Translations under genes and position numbers: made by a program
The notes under the pieces: generated by a model
What the model was told of the DNA's origin: nothing
The model's database searches: none
The model's input: only the letters and a program-made list of their open reading frames with translations
Part shown: piece by piece, positions 44,931-59,678 of the stretch
How positions within the stretch are numbered: the first letter of the stretch is position 1
Layout of the letters: every line of letters starts with the position of its first letter
NCBI RefSeq assembly: GCF_009914755.1
Contig: NC_060931.1
Length of the DNA: 64,000 nucleotides
Source: the human T2T-CHM13v2.0 reference genome, Homo sapiens
Reading direction: 5' to 3' (one strand)

Positions 44931-47009
44931 AGTCTCTCTTTTGCCCTTTATTCTTTCCATATGTAGGGATAAGTGTGCAAATAAATAAATGTGTGTGTAT
45001 GCTTATGTGTATATATGTGTTTGTACTCCCACACATACTTATGTATGTACTTATGTGTCTGTTGTCTTCTCTCTCTCTCTAACCTGTATTGTGTAATATT
45101 TTATGTAGCCACTTATTCTATTAAATTCAGAGGGAAAGAATTCTTATAGGAAGGATATAGTTGTTGAATTCAGGAAATAGGGATTTTATTCACCACGTAA
45201 AGTTATTTTAAAAGTTATTATGTTTTTGTGTCCTAGTATTTCTGTAACTTTATGTTAACCTGAATTTTTAAAACTGGAATATTTATAAATCCTTAAAAGG
45301 GGATCTGATAGATATTTATGTTTCTTCTACAAATTCCCAGCAGGCATTGGAGAAATAGCTTTTTTCTTCTTCTTCAACATGTAATTCACAGAATAATATA
45401 CTGCTCCATCTTGATTAGTGTTCAGAAAAATGTGCATTAGTCAACTTGAGATGTATGGGAATATAAGAAACAAGGTAATTTATTTATTAAATGTCCAAAA
45501 AGAGAAGTGTCAGTTTTGACAAGATGGAAAAATGCAAGATGGGAGTTGAATCTTTCTTAAAAATTGATGTTTGTTTCATTCAGGTTTTACTAAATAGCAA
45601 GGCACCAGTTTCCTGAGAAGGTTTGTACAGCTGAATGTGTTCATAACTGATTTGGATCTTTATCTTTGTAGAATAGTAATTCAACAAAATGAAGCATAAT
45701 ACTACATGTTCTCTTATAATGATGTAGGCTTTCTAGCAAAAGCAGCTGTTACTATCCTAAGAAAGTAGCCTGTATATCTTGCCTAAATATCTTATCTGAA
45801 TTTGAATCTTGTGACTGCTGAATAACTACCTCAAATCTTAACTAATTGGCTGCTCTCAGACACTAAAGAGAGGGTTGTAACAAAGAAGCAGAATGCTTAA
45901 ATGAGGGATAAAATCCATCAAGCTAAGTATTTATTACAAAAGCCTGATTTTAAGTGATTTTTTTTTTCAAACGCAAACTACTTAAAACCTGTGTTTTCTC
46001 TATATTTCTTCTGGTTATAAAGACAAGATGGTAAAGACAAAACTTGCTAAACACAAAATGGGTGGTAGCCTCCAAATCTACTTACTCGTTAAGTCCACTT
46101 ATGTGTTAAGGATGCTGTGTTATCTGGGACCAGGGACTAAGTATTTCTAGAATGAGTAATTCTTTTTTAGTGGATGCATCTATGATCTGGTTTTGTGGAG
46201 TTGACAACTCGACTCATACCATGATTATTACTCATTTTTGTTATAGCCATGGGTAACAATGTTAAGGAGTAGCAAAGCGGTTTTGGGTCAGACACTATAG
46301 AATAGTTTGAAAGTATATATTCTTCACATACATGACCTAATGACCATTTTCATTTAACTCTCTTAAATGTTTAGTGATTTTATTATTGTATAACCTAAAA
46401 GCTCTCACATTTTTGTTTTGTAAATAAGAAAGTAACATTTTTCTACATATGGTGTATATTTTAGGTTTGTCCAAAATGCATTAAGTGTATTAAGACCTAA
46501 CATCTTTACCTAAAATAAATACACATCAACCATCTCAGATAATGGTAGCTATAAAAAAAGCATTTGCTGATCTGCTGATCTGGACAAATTGGGTAAGAAT
46601 GTATTTCATTGAAAATTATGTTAACGATTCTCTTCCCTGTAGAATCCAAAGTGGTAGCTTTCTGTAAGATTTGTATTTTGAGATATTCTAAACATACAGA
46701 AAATGAAATAATAGGTACTCATATTCAAACTTGACATATTAATATTTTGTTTTATTTCTTCAGATCTCACTCTTTTTAAGAACTATAATGCCACAAAATA
46801 GTAAATGTTGTGTCTTCTGATCTTGTACCTTTTTCTCCCCCTAGATTTATTTTACTATATTGAATTAGTGTTTATCTGTATTCTCACATTTTTGTTTTTG
46901 GGGATTTTAAAATTTATATTAGCAGCATCATATCAAATCTACCTCTGAAAATTTTTTCTTTCAAAGTTATGTTTAGGGGATTTATAAACATTGATCCACA
47001 CAGGTTTGA

Positions 47010-47097
47010 TTTCTCTTTTCTTGTCTTGTCTTGTCTTGTCTTGTCTTGTCTTGTCTTGTCTTGTCTTTTCTTTCTTTCTTTCTCTCTCTCTCTTTCC

Positions 47098-47131
<34 letters not shown>

Positions 47132-47474
47132 CTCTCTCTCTCTCTCTCTTTCTTTTTCTTTCTTTCTCTCTCTCTCTCTCTTTCTTGACAGGGTCTCAGT
47201 CTGTCACACAGGCTGGAGTGCAGTGGTGCAGTCTCAGCTCACTGCAGCCTCAACCTCCCAGGTTCAGGCAATCCTCTCGCCTCAGCTCCCCTGAGTAGCT
47301 GGGACTACAGGCGCGCACCACCACGCCCGGCTAATTTTTGTATTTTTTTGTAGAGTCGGGATTTCACCATATTGCCCAGGCTAGTCTTGAACTCCTGGTC
47401 TCAAGTGATTTGCCCTCCTTGGCCTCCCAGAGTGTTGGGTGTTGGGATTACAGGCATGAGCCACTGTACTGGCC
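47010..47474 (-). mobile_element. AluJ with expanded compound tail (CTTGT)n/(CTTT)n/(CT)n
   Basis: Alu body 47186-47474; ~175-bp pyrimidine microsatellite tail. Confidence 0.92.
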
Positions 47475-47494
47475 CATGTCTGATTTCTTAGGTT

Positions 47495-48250
47495 GTTTTT
47501 TTTTTTTTTTGTAAGCTTTTATTGAATTTTAACTTACATATGGAAAGCTGCACAAATCATAAATGCACATCTTGAAGAATTTCACAGAATGAACACACTT
47601 GTGTAACCGGTGCCTAGCTCCAGTAACACATTTGTTTGTACTCTAAAAGTCCCACCATGCTTTATCTGCCTTTTAGTTACTATCTTCCAGTCCTTACCCC
47701 AGGGTAACCATATTCTTACCCTTAACAACATGGATTAGTATTGTCTAATTTTGAACTTTATACAAATGGTATCATTTGGTATAGTCTTCTGTGTCTGGGC
47801 TTTTTTTCTCAATATTAGCTGTATGAACTTCCTCCCTGTTATTGTGTATAGTTAAGTGTCTCTCCTGAGTGCTATCCATAATCACATGAATATGCCACCA
47901 TTTACTTACATTCATTCTATTTGGGGGCATTTTGGTTGTTTGTTTTCCTGTGTTTGGCTATTAGGAATAATACTGCTCTGAAGATTATTGTACACATCTT
48001 TTACATGTTACATTTACCTGTGTACCTAGGAGTAGAATTTTTGTATTATCAGGTATCTATAGCATAGTGTCAACTTAGTGCCTGTATTATAGGTTATCTG
48101 TCCAATGCTTTTATCATTAGTAGACATTACCAACCAGTCTTCTAGAGCAGTTGTTCCAGTTTACCCTTCTACCATCAATGTGTGAAAGTTTAAGTTGTTC
48201 CACATTTTGTCAACACTTAGGTTGTCTTTTTTATTTTTGTCTTCTGGGTG
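47495..48250 (-). mobile_element. old L1M 3' fragment
   Basis: poly-T end, gaacacacttgtgtaacc, ttgaactttatacaaatgg, cctaggagtagaatt. Confidence 0.7.
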
Positions 48251-48486
48251 GGTAATAATTCATTTGTTTTTAACTGCTCTATAACATTCTATAGTTTGAA
48301 TAAAGCATGCTTATTTATAAATCCCTTCCTTAGTAGATGGACAATTTGATTGCTTTCCATTTTTTACAATCAAATAATACTTGAATGAATATATCTATTT
48401 ATATATGGTTTTGTGCATCTATTTGAGAGTTTCTTTAAGTTTATAACTTGAAGTGGGATGTATGAGTTTTAGACAATAACATATTT

Positions 48487-48797
48487 TTGTTTTGTTTTTA
48501 TTTTTTATTGGCAAGTACAGATTGTATATATTTATGGTGTATGACATAATATTTTCATATATGTATATTTTGTGTACTGGCTAAATGAAGTTATTTAACC
48601 TATGCATTACCACACATACATATTTTATCATGGTGAGAACACTTAAAACCTGTTCTCTTAGCAATTTTCATGTATACAATATATTGTTATTTATAGTCAG
48701 ACATAATGTACAATAGATCTCTAGAACTTACTCCTTCTGTCTAACTGAAATTATATGTCTTTTAACCAACATCTCCCCAATTCCTCTTTCCCCCTAG
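48487..48797 (-). mobile_element. L1MA 3' end
   Basis: attgtatatatttatggtgt...tggtgagaacacttaaaa...caatagatctctagaactta...ctaactgaaa. Confidence 0.85.
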
Positions 48798-51049
48798 CAT
48801 CTTTATTTATATAATATATTGCTAAATTTTTCTCTAGTGGGGCTATACCATTAAGTGGTATTTTGGTTTTATTATGAATCATACATATGAAGTGTAAAGT
48901 GTAATGATGCCTCTCTAAAAACAGTATTATGCAAAGCTTAATAACAATTTGTAGGAAATGTAGTAGGGAGAGATGAAACATTCTTTGCAGCTCCTGGCAT
49001 AAAATTAAAGCTTCCATTATTATTTTCTCTGTTGCATTATTCATTATGATGTTGCCATGAAATGCACACTCTGGAATCCATTACAATTCATGTAAATTCT
49101 CCCAAGATCTTTAGGTAAGATCTTTAAATTTTTGAGCATTTCTTCTTTATGATAGTTATTTTTTTCCTATATTACATAGTGATTGCATATATTTTCATCT
49201 TGACATTTTACCATCCAGTGACATTACATACCAAGGTACTTTGGAAAGTTTATGTAATTAAATTAATGGATATACACATTTTGTGACATTCAAAGGATTT
49301 GATTCTAAGCAAAATGGTGACATGAGATACAACTTGTTCTAGTTGCTCCCATTGAATTTTATGAAAATTTCATGTGCTTGTATTTTATAATTTTAACTTG
49401 ATAATGCCAAGATATTTTCCTTGTATTAGCTGTAAGAACAGACAGAGTTAATGTTGGTAGAATGACCAAAGCAAAACCTTTAATCTAGGTTCTCAAATTT
49501 GACACTATTAGTAAGGTAGGTCAGCATTTGTCTCAAAGAAAGAAATCTAATTAGTTTACGTGTTACTATTTCTTTTTTTATAATTTTCATTTTCTCTCAA
49601 TGCCATTTTTCCACCACCCAGGATCTTTAATTAGTTTTGATGATCTAGTCAACCCCCAGTTTCTCTGTTCAGATGAGAATGCATATTCCTACACAGAATA
49701 TCTTTCAGTCACTGTCCCTCCCTCTTTTTCTTTATGAACGTCAACACAATCTCCTCTCCATAAACAAATGTATTTTGAATGAACAAAACACAGTCAAATA
49801 TCAACTCAAAATTCTATGTAGATTTTTCAGAGTAAAATTGTATTGGTAAATTTTAACTGAGTACCCAATTATTGCCAGCATCTTAACTTTTCCAAACCTT
49901 TTATATTTAACTATTTATAAGAAGGCTCGTACAAAGGACAATTTTGGTTTAGTTGGTCAGTTGTAAAATCATGTTGCTATTGCATTTCTGTCTTTTATTA
50001 ATATTTTTCCTATGATTAAAGTGACCTGAGATTGACTTTGTTGGCTTTTATTATTTTTAAATCTAGCAATATTTGAATTTAAATCTATATAGATCATGAA
50101 TTGAGGCAATTTAAGAAATATAATTTCTCAACAGTTTCATTATTGAGATGAATACTAATGTGTGTATTGTTTATATGCAGATCCTTACCTGAAACATTTT
50201 TGTTTTCTAGTAGATTTTAAGAATCAGTGTCATAAGGTACCATACTATTTCCCACTCTTGTCATTTCCACTCAGTATTTTGTTTACTCCTACATGCCTTG
50301 TTCAAGCCTGTGTTTTCAATGCATAGAGTAGTGCTGGCATGCGGTCTGCCCTTAATAAAAATATTCGGTGAATGAATTGATTTCAATATTGTTTTTCAGA
50401 AAAGAAAGTTGTCTATTTACCACAAGGTTAATGTTAGTCTTTTGCCTTTAAATGCAATCTTTTGGAAGACTATGTTGAAAGGAATACGAAGACTTTAAAA
50501 TGGTTGAACAATTCACATCTTTTAAGGCTATACTTGAAGGAAATAATAATCTTTTAAAAGTCAAAAATAGTTCCATTGTGTTAAACATAAAGAGCAAACC
50601 AAAAAACTGTGGCCAGATTATTATAGTGAGTTCTTATTTATCTTTACAAAATCCATGTAGAATATAACTATTACTAGAAGTTCTTTCTGAGGCTAACAAG
50701 GAGACTATCATCAGATTTGAGAATTTTTTTTCTGGACTGTAACTCCTGTGTATTTTCTTCTGTACATTCTTGACTCTTGGACCAGTCTCCTTTTCTACAA
50801 GGTGGGGGATTGAATGATTGAATAAAGTACTGGCTGATTACCTGAAAAACTTTGAGGATCCATGCTAGACCATGTAGTACATAACAGGTATGTTGGTCTA
50901 CCTTAGTGGATGTCACCTCTTCTGTACTGTCACTGCGTTAGTATTTTGGGAAGGAGTGGATATAATTGCATGTGTTTAGACTGCTATGCTTAACCAGAAG
51001 TTCTGAAATGATGTTACTGTTGCTACATCTAAAGGACAGTTTTTAATCG

Positions 51050-51995
51050 CTTGTCTTCTCTGAAGTATTTAACAGTGGTGACTGCTTCCTCTTTCTATCA
51101 TTCCATGTTCTCATGGCATGTTCTCTCACTTATTCTTCCTAAGACTTTCTTGTGAGCCCTTTTTCTGCCCATCTCATACATTTATTTTCCTGTGTTCTGT
51201 CCTTATCTTCTCACTCTGTACATTATTCTAGATGAGCTCACTTACTCCCAAAGCCTTAACTACCATCTTTGGTGTTGGAATTCCTACTTTTGTGTCTCTA
51301 GCTCATATTTCTTCTCTGAATTTGAGATCTGAATTTACAGTTGCCTCCTTGATATCCCTGCTTAAATGTCCCATAAGAATTCATCTAAATACATGTATAA
51401 TTAAGTATATTGTCAGCTCCTGCCCCACATATCAAACTATGCTTCTCTTATGATATGTTCTGTCTTAGTGAATAACAGGCATGATTATACACTCAGTTGC
51501 CTGTGTCAGAAATATTGGGTCATCCTTCACATCTCCCTTCTCATCTTCACTGTAAAATGTTTACTGGCCCCATTGATTCAATCTCCAAAATAGATTCCAG
51601 ATGTGTTTATCTCACTACAGCCCACTGATGCTATCCTAGTCTAAAACTTTCACTTGGATCACTGCAATGATCTCTTAATTGGTTTACTCAATTCTTTATA
51701 CCCTTTATCTCCTCCAATTCACTAGGTAACAAAAATTACCTTTTTAAAAAAAAATGAGTAATTTTTATTTTCTGCTTAAAATTTTGCTGTTGTTTCCCTT
51801 TAAACATAGGGTAAAATCAAAATAACTCTTCAGCTTGGCCCTGCAAAGTTTGGATTGTGCCTGTCTCTCTATCATCATTTTTCTCTACTCAGCATATTTC
51901 TGACTTTTCTTTCTTACTCCACCTATGCTGGTTTAATTTAATTAATTGATGGCTTTATGTTCTTGTGTGCCTTGTGACCTTTGTGCATAGCATTG
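51050..51995 (+). mobile_element. L2 fragment
   Basis: ttgcctccttgatatc; actcagttgc...agaaatattgggtcatcctt; cacttggatcactgcaat. Confidence 0.65.
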
Positions 51996-54900
51996 CTTTT
52001 CTGTAGGACTGGGTAATGGATGCAGAGGTGAAAGATCAGGATGATTCTAAAATTTCAAGCTTGGTAATTGTGTTTCTTTTAATGGATTTTATCCTAATAA
52101 ATTAATATATATATATATATATAAAATGAAGGATTAAAGTATAATATGCATATAAGCTGTCTCTAACCTAACCTTCTATAACCTAAAATATTTCAGAACT
52201 TTTCTTTGTATAGTGATCCTCCAAAGATCTCATGCCCTCCATGTCTCTTTGCATACTGTGTTTTCTTTGTTTGGAAAGTACCCCTTCCTTATATGGTAAA
52301 TGAACCTCTGCTGTCATTCAAGATCCAGTGGAAATACAGCTTCCTCTGGGAGGCGGGAGCCTTCAGAGTTGTTGATGATAGTTTCCTTTATGTTACCCAG
52401 GTACATTTTGCAGAAGATGCACCTGAAACAGAAAAGTTAAGTAGCTGGTCCAGTTACTAAGTGATACAGCCAAAATTTGAACTTTCACATGTCCAATTTT
52501 AAAGCATGAGCCTTTATCTTTTGTTTGATACAGTCATTGTTTAATAAACACTTATTAAATCAGTGGGTCAATAAAAAGATAAAACACTAAATGACCTAAT
52601 TAGTAAAAAGGTTTTAATGGGATAAATGATAAGAAGTGACTTAACCAATATAGAAAATAAATATTTGATAAAGAAATCTATATCTGTAGAATGGTTCAAC
52701 TTCTATGCCAGTTAAAGTTAACCTTGCTTTGTAATATCTTAAGATGCCTCTGGTTCTCAAAAAAGGTATGAAGCTGAACTTTAGTGAAATAAGGCATGGA
52801 ATGAACAAATTTCTTTTAATTAAAAAGGGCAAATATATATCATATACATTTTTCATATACTTTAATTGCTTTATGCATTTGTGCCTTATTCCCCTCAACC
52901 TGATTGTTAACTTCTTTTGAACAAAAATATTTCATATATTTTCTTAGTGTCTCTTGTAATATCTAGTTCTACTTGATAACTGTTTCTTCTGTGTAAAATA
53001 AATGATGGTGTCTTATCTCTTCAAAACTTAATTTTAGTAATAAAACTTCATATATTTTCAAACAGTAATGTAACTGATTTTTTTAATGGAAACCATTAAT
53101 TTGAAGCATTAATATACACGAAAAATGGAACCAACTGTTTAGTACTAGGTTCAATACTGTCTTTTTAAAAAAGAAAAGTACTCAGGTATGCATGATGTCA
53201 AGGACAATCAGTGGAGAAAAAGCAGTTTATTTTGGATCTAGCTTAGAAGAACGTAATATTCTAACATTTAACTAGTAGGTGAGTTTAAATATCTGTGCAC
53301 CTCTATTTTAGGACTTGTTTTGCCTTTTACTTTTCATTTTCTTTCAAATATCAAGAGATATTCACATTTGGAAGGACATATTCTTATTAACACTAATGAG
53401 ATTTTTTGGTAAATGAATTGAATATAAACAACTATTGTGTTTGTCTTTTTTTTTTTGTAAAAAATATTTCAAGCTGAAGATCCCAGTCATATAATTAAAA
53501 GGCCTAATCCCATTCAATCCTTGAATACGTCTATAGAAATAGAATTCTTAAAACATATACACAAAAGATAATATGATGCCTGTTGAATTTAATAATATGT
53601 TCAATCGAATTATTATACTACTAAAACAAGTCTAATTTTGATTAGGAAAAATGATTATTTTTTGTATATTTATACATAATGTACATATTATAGGCCATCG
53701 TTGGCACTAAAGAAGTTAAAGGAGTGGGGTTGGGGGTAGAAATAACACTTGTATTATGTTAAATCAGAAAAATAATCACACTTGGCAGTTTTCCTTTGCA
53801 GAATGCAGGAAAGGCTGAAGGCTTTTGTACAGTTCAAAGAGCACATTCCACAGATACAGCAGTTGTTGGTTGCCTGCAGGGATCATCAGAATTGAGGGGG
53901 TGGTGGTAGAGGTCTGTATCACAAAAGTCCAGTCTGTTGGGCTGTGTGTTTGCCAAGAAAAAAACAAAAATGTTTGCACTTTTTTGAGAAGTTGTTTAGA
54001 AATTAGCTTCATATAATTTAAGTGTATTTTAAAGATGGCACTTTTGCATCAATTTTTAATCTATGCAATAATCAGATGACATTCTTATTTCTCTTTTGCT
54101 GCCTCTTGTTCTTTAATAATTTGGTGTTAGATTAAGGTTTACATGTTTAACTGTGGAAGCATAGAACTGCTGACTATTAAACTGTCAGTTAAACAGAGAA
54201 ATATAAATAAATTATATTTCACTCTTATATATTTAATTATCATTTATACAACTAGCATATTAAGCAATTTCAACAAGTTAATTCAAGACTGTTAAGAGAG
54301 CCTTCTTTAGCTGAAAATATGCCAAAGGGTAGCTTTTTCATCTGGCATGTCAAGACTTGTGCTGAATTAACACTTGTATGATTTCCCTACAGAATATACA
54401 AGTTATACTTTCTACTGTTAACTTAAATAATGTAACTGAAAGTTCTCTGAAAACTATAAATTGTAGAACAGTTATAAATTCACATTATTAAGTTTCTTGA
54501 AATGTGTATTGTACATGATATCATATGTGCACTTTTTATAATTTATATCAAGTTTTGGCAAAGTATGTCAACATAGTTTTTGGCTATATTCTTAGCTTTA
54601 AAAATAGCTAATTAGTGATGCGCTGTTATAATTTTTAGGTTTACGAAAACCCCCCAAAGCCTTATCTGGATCTAGTCTTGAATTCACAAGAATTTGGGAT
54701 AAAGTGTTTTGTTGGGTCCAGATGTGTTTTATCTAGCCTGTCATAATCAGTTGCCAGAAGATTAGTTAATGTGGTACACAAGACGAGAAACATGAATATT
54801 GGAATTAACTGTTGAACAAACTTCTGTATCCACTATAGTAAGAATTTCTTTATTTTTACTTTTTAAGATTTGTTACTTTCAAGTTTACAGATGCTTAAAA

Positions 54901-56149
54901 TGCAAAAAGGGGACAGAGGCTAATTTAGAAGAATCCCTGTACCCACCATTCAGATTTGGTGAATGTTACTATTTTGCCATCTTTTATTTTAGGACTCTTT
55001 ATTAAGAAATCTTAAAAGAGAAAGGCCTTCTGTTTCAGTCTTGAAATGCCCATTTCTGAGTTGGTTATTTGACAGCAACCTCCTAAGGCATTTAACTGAT
55101 ATTTCTTTCCTATTATAATACTAGACTCGTTAACGTAGTTTACTCAAAATGGCTGCCACTCCTTGGCGGTATGGCTCAGAGAAGACCCAGAAGCCTTTCT
55201 ATTCCGGAATTTCAGCTTTCTTACTCGTTATTTCCATAAGATATGAAATTATTTACTTTTCCAATTTTTAGCTATAGGACATTGGGGGCAATTATTAAGC
55301 ATAAATGATTTATGGAGAGAATAACACATTAAGCAATTTTTAGTCATTATGATTGTCACTCGGAAGCTGTTGCTATAGAACTGGATTCCAAGAACAGGGT
55401 TACTGGAAGGAAGGTAGCTCAGGGTGAGGTTCGCCTTCAGCATTTCATTGATACGTAGAAATGAGAAGTTTCAAATGAGACATGCAGCACCCAGAATTCT
55501 TCACTGGGGCTATATGGGACAAAATAAATAGATAAAACAAGATTATATGAGGTCCCTGACTTTTGGTAAAGCAAAAATCAGTTCCCATGCTGTAATATAT
55601 ATGCAAAACTGCCAAGGGAAACTGTTTTTCCGTTTGCAACATACATTCATATAATTTCATAAGTAGATGACCTTAAACACATTTTACTAATGAGAGCAAT
55701 GAATAACAAGGAAATTCAATAACTTTCTAAAATCTCATAGCTAGGAGGTTAAAATTCTAGATTTTGGTACTACATTTTCTGCCATGAAGTCTGTTGACTG
55801 TCCTATGTTACGTCATATGATTCACTGCCTTCATTACCAAAATGTACTACTTCTACCTTTAAGCCTATCTTAAACTTACCTAGATTTAAAGAAACATTTC
55901 AAGTCCTATAATTTCCCCTAAAACATTCCCTACAACGTATAGTGCTCTTATGTCTCTGAATACTTAATGCTTACAGTATATATAGTAAGCACATATTTTT
56001 ATGGTCTCCCATATTCCACTAATGTTGTATTTATGTTTATTATTCTTTTAAACAGTTTTTTTGGCTCCTTCAGATCTGGGCCCTGGATTATACTTTGGGT
56101 TTCAATTATTGCCAATCTAGTATTGAGCACTTAGTGGATACTCAGTAAT

Positions 56150-56380
56150 ACCTGACTCTGGGCTTTATTCCCCGTTCTGACAATGACCAGGTGTGTGGTA
56201 GTGGGCAAGTTGCTTAATATCTCTGGGCTCTAAATTTTAATTTGTAAAAATGGGATAAAAATAAAGCCTATCTCAAAGGGTTGTTATGGAAATTAAATCA
56301 AACTTTGCAATATAAAGCACTTAGCCTAGTGCCTGGAACATAGTAATTGCTTAGTAAATGCTAACTTTTGTTATTATTGT
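56150..56380 (+). mobile_element. MIR
   Basis: gggcaagttgcttaatatctctgggc...tgtaaaaatgggat...taaagcacttagcctagtgcctggaacatagtaa. Confidence 0.8.
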
Positions 56381-56671
56381 TTATCCCAGAGTGGTATCAC
56401 AGAGTGAAATGTCCATGTTCAGAAATTCAGACTTACCTCAGAAGCAAAGAATCCCAAATTCCCACTTTTTAAAAGTCATCCACACCTCTCCTTCAGGGAA
56501 ACAGCTGTCTAATTTGTTACTTTGATTCATGCTCACTAGCAAGAATTCTAAACCCTAGGTTCTTTGCCTCCAAAGGTTCCTGATAAAAATGAATCTCAAG
56601 AATTAGTTTCATTTTTTATTCTATATATTTACTTTATGCGTTTAAAAATATTTTTCTAAGGAGGAAATAGG

Positions 56672-58897
56672 TGTTTTAGTATTTACCACTAACTGGGTAA
56701 TTTATAATCAACAGAAATTTATTGATTCACAATTCTGGAGCCTGGGAAATACACTATCAATATACGGGCATCTGGTAAGGGCATTTTTTGCTATGGCATC
56801 ACGTGGAAGAAGAGCAAAGAGAAAGAGAAAAAGGAGGGCTGGACTTACCCTTTTATAATGGCACCAATTCCACCATGAGGGTGTAACCCTCATGGCCTAG
56901 TCACCTCTTAAAGGCCACACCTCTTAATACTGTTACAATGGCAACTGAATTTTAGCATGATTTTTGGACGGGACGTATGTTCAAACCATAGAATCTCATC
57001 CCTGAGCCCTCCAAACTAACGTCCTTCTAACATACAAAATAAATTCCTTCCATCCCAGTAGCCTCAAAAGTCTTAATTTGTTCCAGCATCAACTCAAAAG
57101 TCCAAAGTGTAGAGTTTCACATATGGGTGAGACTCAAGGCACCATTCATCTTGAGGCAAATTTCCCTCTTGGAATAGTATAATATTTCTCCCTATTTCAA
57201 AAGGGAGAAATAGGTAAGAAAAAAATGGGTAACTGATCTCAAATAAGTGTAAAACCCAACAGAGCAAACAGCATTAAATGTTAAAGCTCCAGAATAATCT
57301 TCTTTGTCTCTTTGTCCCACCTCCCAAATACACTGGGGTGGGAATCGGGCCCCCAAGGCCTTAGGCATCCCCTACCCCTGTGGCTTTGCTGGAATCAGCC
57401 CGCATAACAGCCCTCAGAGGTTGGAGTCTTGTACCTGCAACTTTGCCAGGTTGGTGTTACACTCTGGCAGCTCTAGAGTTCTGCAGATGGCCTCATCGCT
57501 GTGGTGGCTCCGTCCCTGGGGCAGTTCTTAGCCTGGGTCCCCAGGCTCTCTGAGGCATCTTTTAATATCTAGGTGGGGGACATCATAGCCCCACAGGTCA
57601 TGCACTGTATACATCTGCAGAGTTAGCGCCATGTGGACACTGCCAAGGTTTATCGTTTGCATCCTCTGGAGTGGTGACCCAAGCTGTGACTGGGCTGGGT
57701 TGAGCCATGACTCGGGGAGCCGAGAGATGTGCCAGAATTTGGGGAGCAGACACTTGAGGTGGCTCAGGGTAAGGAATGCTGAGGTCCTGCAGGCTCCCTG
57801 GGTTTCTCTTTCAAAGCTTTTCTGCCGTCAAGCATGTGATGGGAGGAACAACCTGGAAAATCTCCAAGATGCTTTCAGGGTCATTCTCCAATTATTTTGT
57901 ACAATAATTTCTGGCTTTTCTCCATCCATACTCATCTCCTTATCAAATGGTCACTGGGCTGCACCTTGATTTTCCTTACCAAACATGCTTTTCCATTCTT
58001 TACATGATCAGGCTAGGAATTTTCCACATCTTTGTGTTCTTTCTTATTTAATTATAAACTCCATCTTTAAATTATTTCTCTCATCTCATATTTTAATATA
58101 TGGAATTAAAAGAAGCTATGCAGTACCATGAAATACTGAGCTGCTTAGATAATTCTTCAGCCAGATATCCTAGTTCATTGCTTTTAAGTTCTGCCCTCCA
58201 TAAAGTCCTAGTACACAGACATTCAGCCAAATTTGTTGCTACTTTATAACAAGGATAGATCTGTCTCAGATTTCAGTACCTTGCTCCTCATTTCCATCTG
58301 AGTCTTTACTGTCCGTATTTCTACCAGCATTCTGGTCACAACCACTTATCTCTAGGCAGATTCAGATTTTTCCCTACATCTCTTCTTCTGAGCTGACAAA
58401 AGAATTGCCCTTAATGCTTTATTCATGTAAATACAGACTTTCCTATAGCATTCATTTCAAAACTGTTCCAGCCTGTAACTAGTACCTGGTTCCAAAGTCA
58501 CGTGTACATTTTTAGGTATTTGTTATAGTAACAACCCCATTCGTGATACCAGTTTTTGTCTTAGTCTGTCTTGTGCTGCTGTAACAGAATATCACAGACT
58601 GAGTAATTTATAATGAATAGAAATTTATTGACTCACAGTTCTTGAGGCTCAAAATATTAATATCAGGGTGCCAACCTCTCACAAGGGCTTTCTTGCAGCA
58701 TCATCACATGGCAGAATGGTTTAGAGAGAGCGAAAGAGGGGGCTAAACTCACCCTTTTTTAATAGTATCAGTCCCACCCATGAAAGCAGAGCCCTCATGG
58801 CCTAATCACCTCTTAAAGGTCTCTCCTCTTAATACTATTACAATGGCAATTACATTTCAACATGAGTTTTGGAATGGACAACATGCAAACGATAGCA
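56672..58897 (-). mobile_element. full MST-type (MSTC/D-like) MaLR: LTR ~56672-56993, internal, LTR 58557-58897
   Basis: two homologous LTRs (tcacctcttaaagg...cctcttaatact.ttacaatggcaa); TSD atagg/atagt. Confidence 0.85.
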
Positions 58898-58969
58898 ATA
58901 GTTTCACTAGACTGACAGAATCTCATGGCACCCAAAACATCTAAGAATCCCCACCAGAAAATTTAATTT

Positions 58970-59678
58970 ATTTTCCACAGAGCACAGTCATGGTGCTCTA
59001 CTAAAAGTGTAAATTGGATCATGTCACTCCTCAATGTGAAAGTCTTTACTTGTATTTGGAATAAAATACGAACATCTTACCTTAACTTTGAAAGGCCCTC
59101 TATAATCTGGCTCCTGCCTAGTTTTTCTTCCTCATCTATTGGTACTTTCTTCCTAGTTCATTCTGCCTGGCATCACTGGCTTTCTCTCTGGTTTTGCAAT
59201 CCTCTTTGCTTCAGGGCATGTGCTCTTGTCACTGTTGGGAATTTTTCCCTCCATGCCATATGTGTGGTTTGCTCCTTATACTTTGGGTCTCATTTAAATA
59301 ATGTCTTATCTATGAGCTTTTGCTGACCACCCTACTTAAAGGTAGCTCCTCAATATAGGTAATAAAGGTAACTCCTCAATCCTTTTTTTTATAGCTAATT
59401 TCATGTACTTATTTGTAACAAATCAATTCGCTTGTTTTGAGACAGAGTCTCGCTCTGTTGCTGAGGCAGGAGTGCAGTGGCACCATCCTGGCTTATGGCA
59501 GCCTCGACCTCCTGGGCTCAGGTGATCTTCCCACCTCAAATATGTTTGTTTAATGTCTGTTCTGTACCAATTTGCAAACTCCATGAGGATATAGGAAGTG
59601 TGAGTCTTGTTCAAACTGTCATAATATGGGGCTTGACCTTTGTAGATCAGTAAATATTTATTGAATGAATGAATGAAT
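58970..59678 (+). mobile_element. L2 3' end containing a minus-strand FLAM/Alu monomer (59434-59537)
   Basis: ggatcatgtcactcctc...taaatatttattgaatgaatgaatgaa terminus. Confidence 0.8.
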
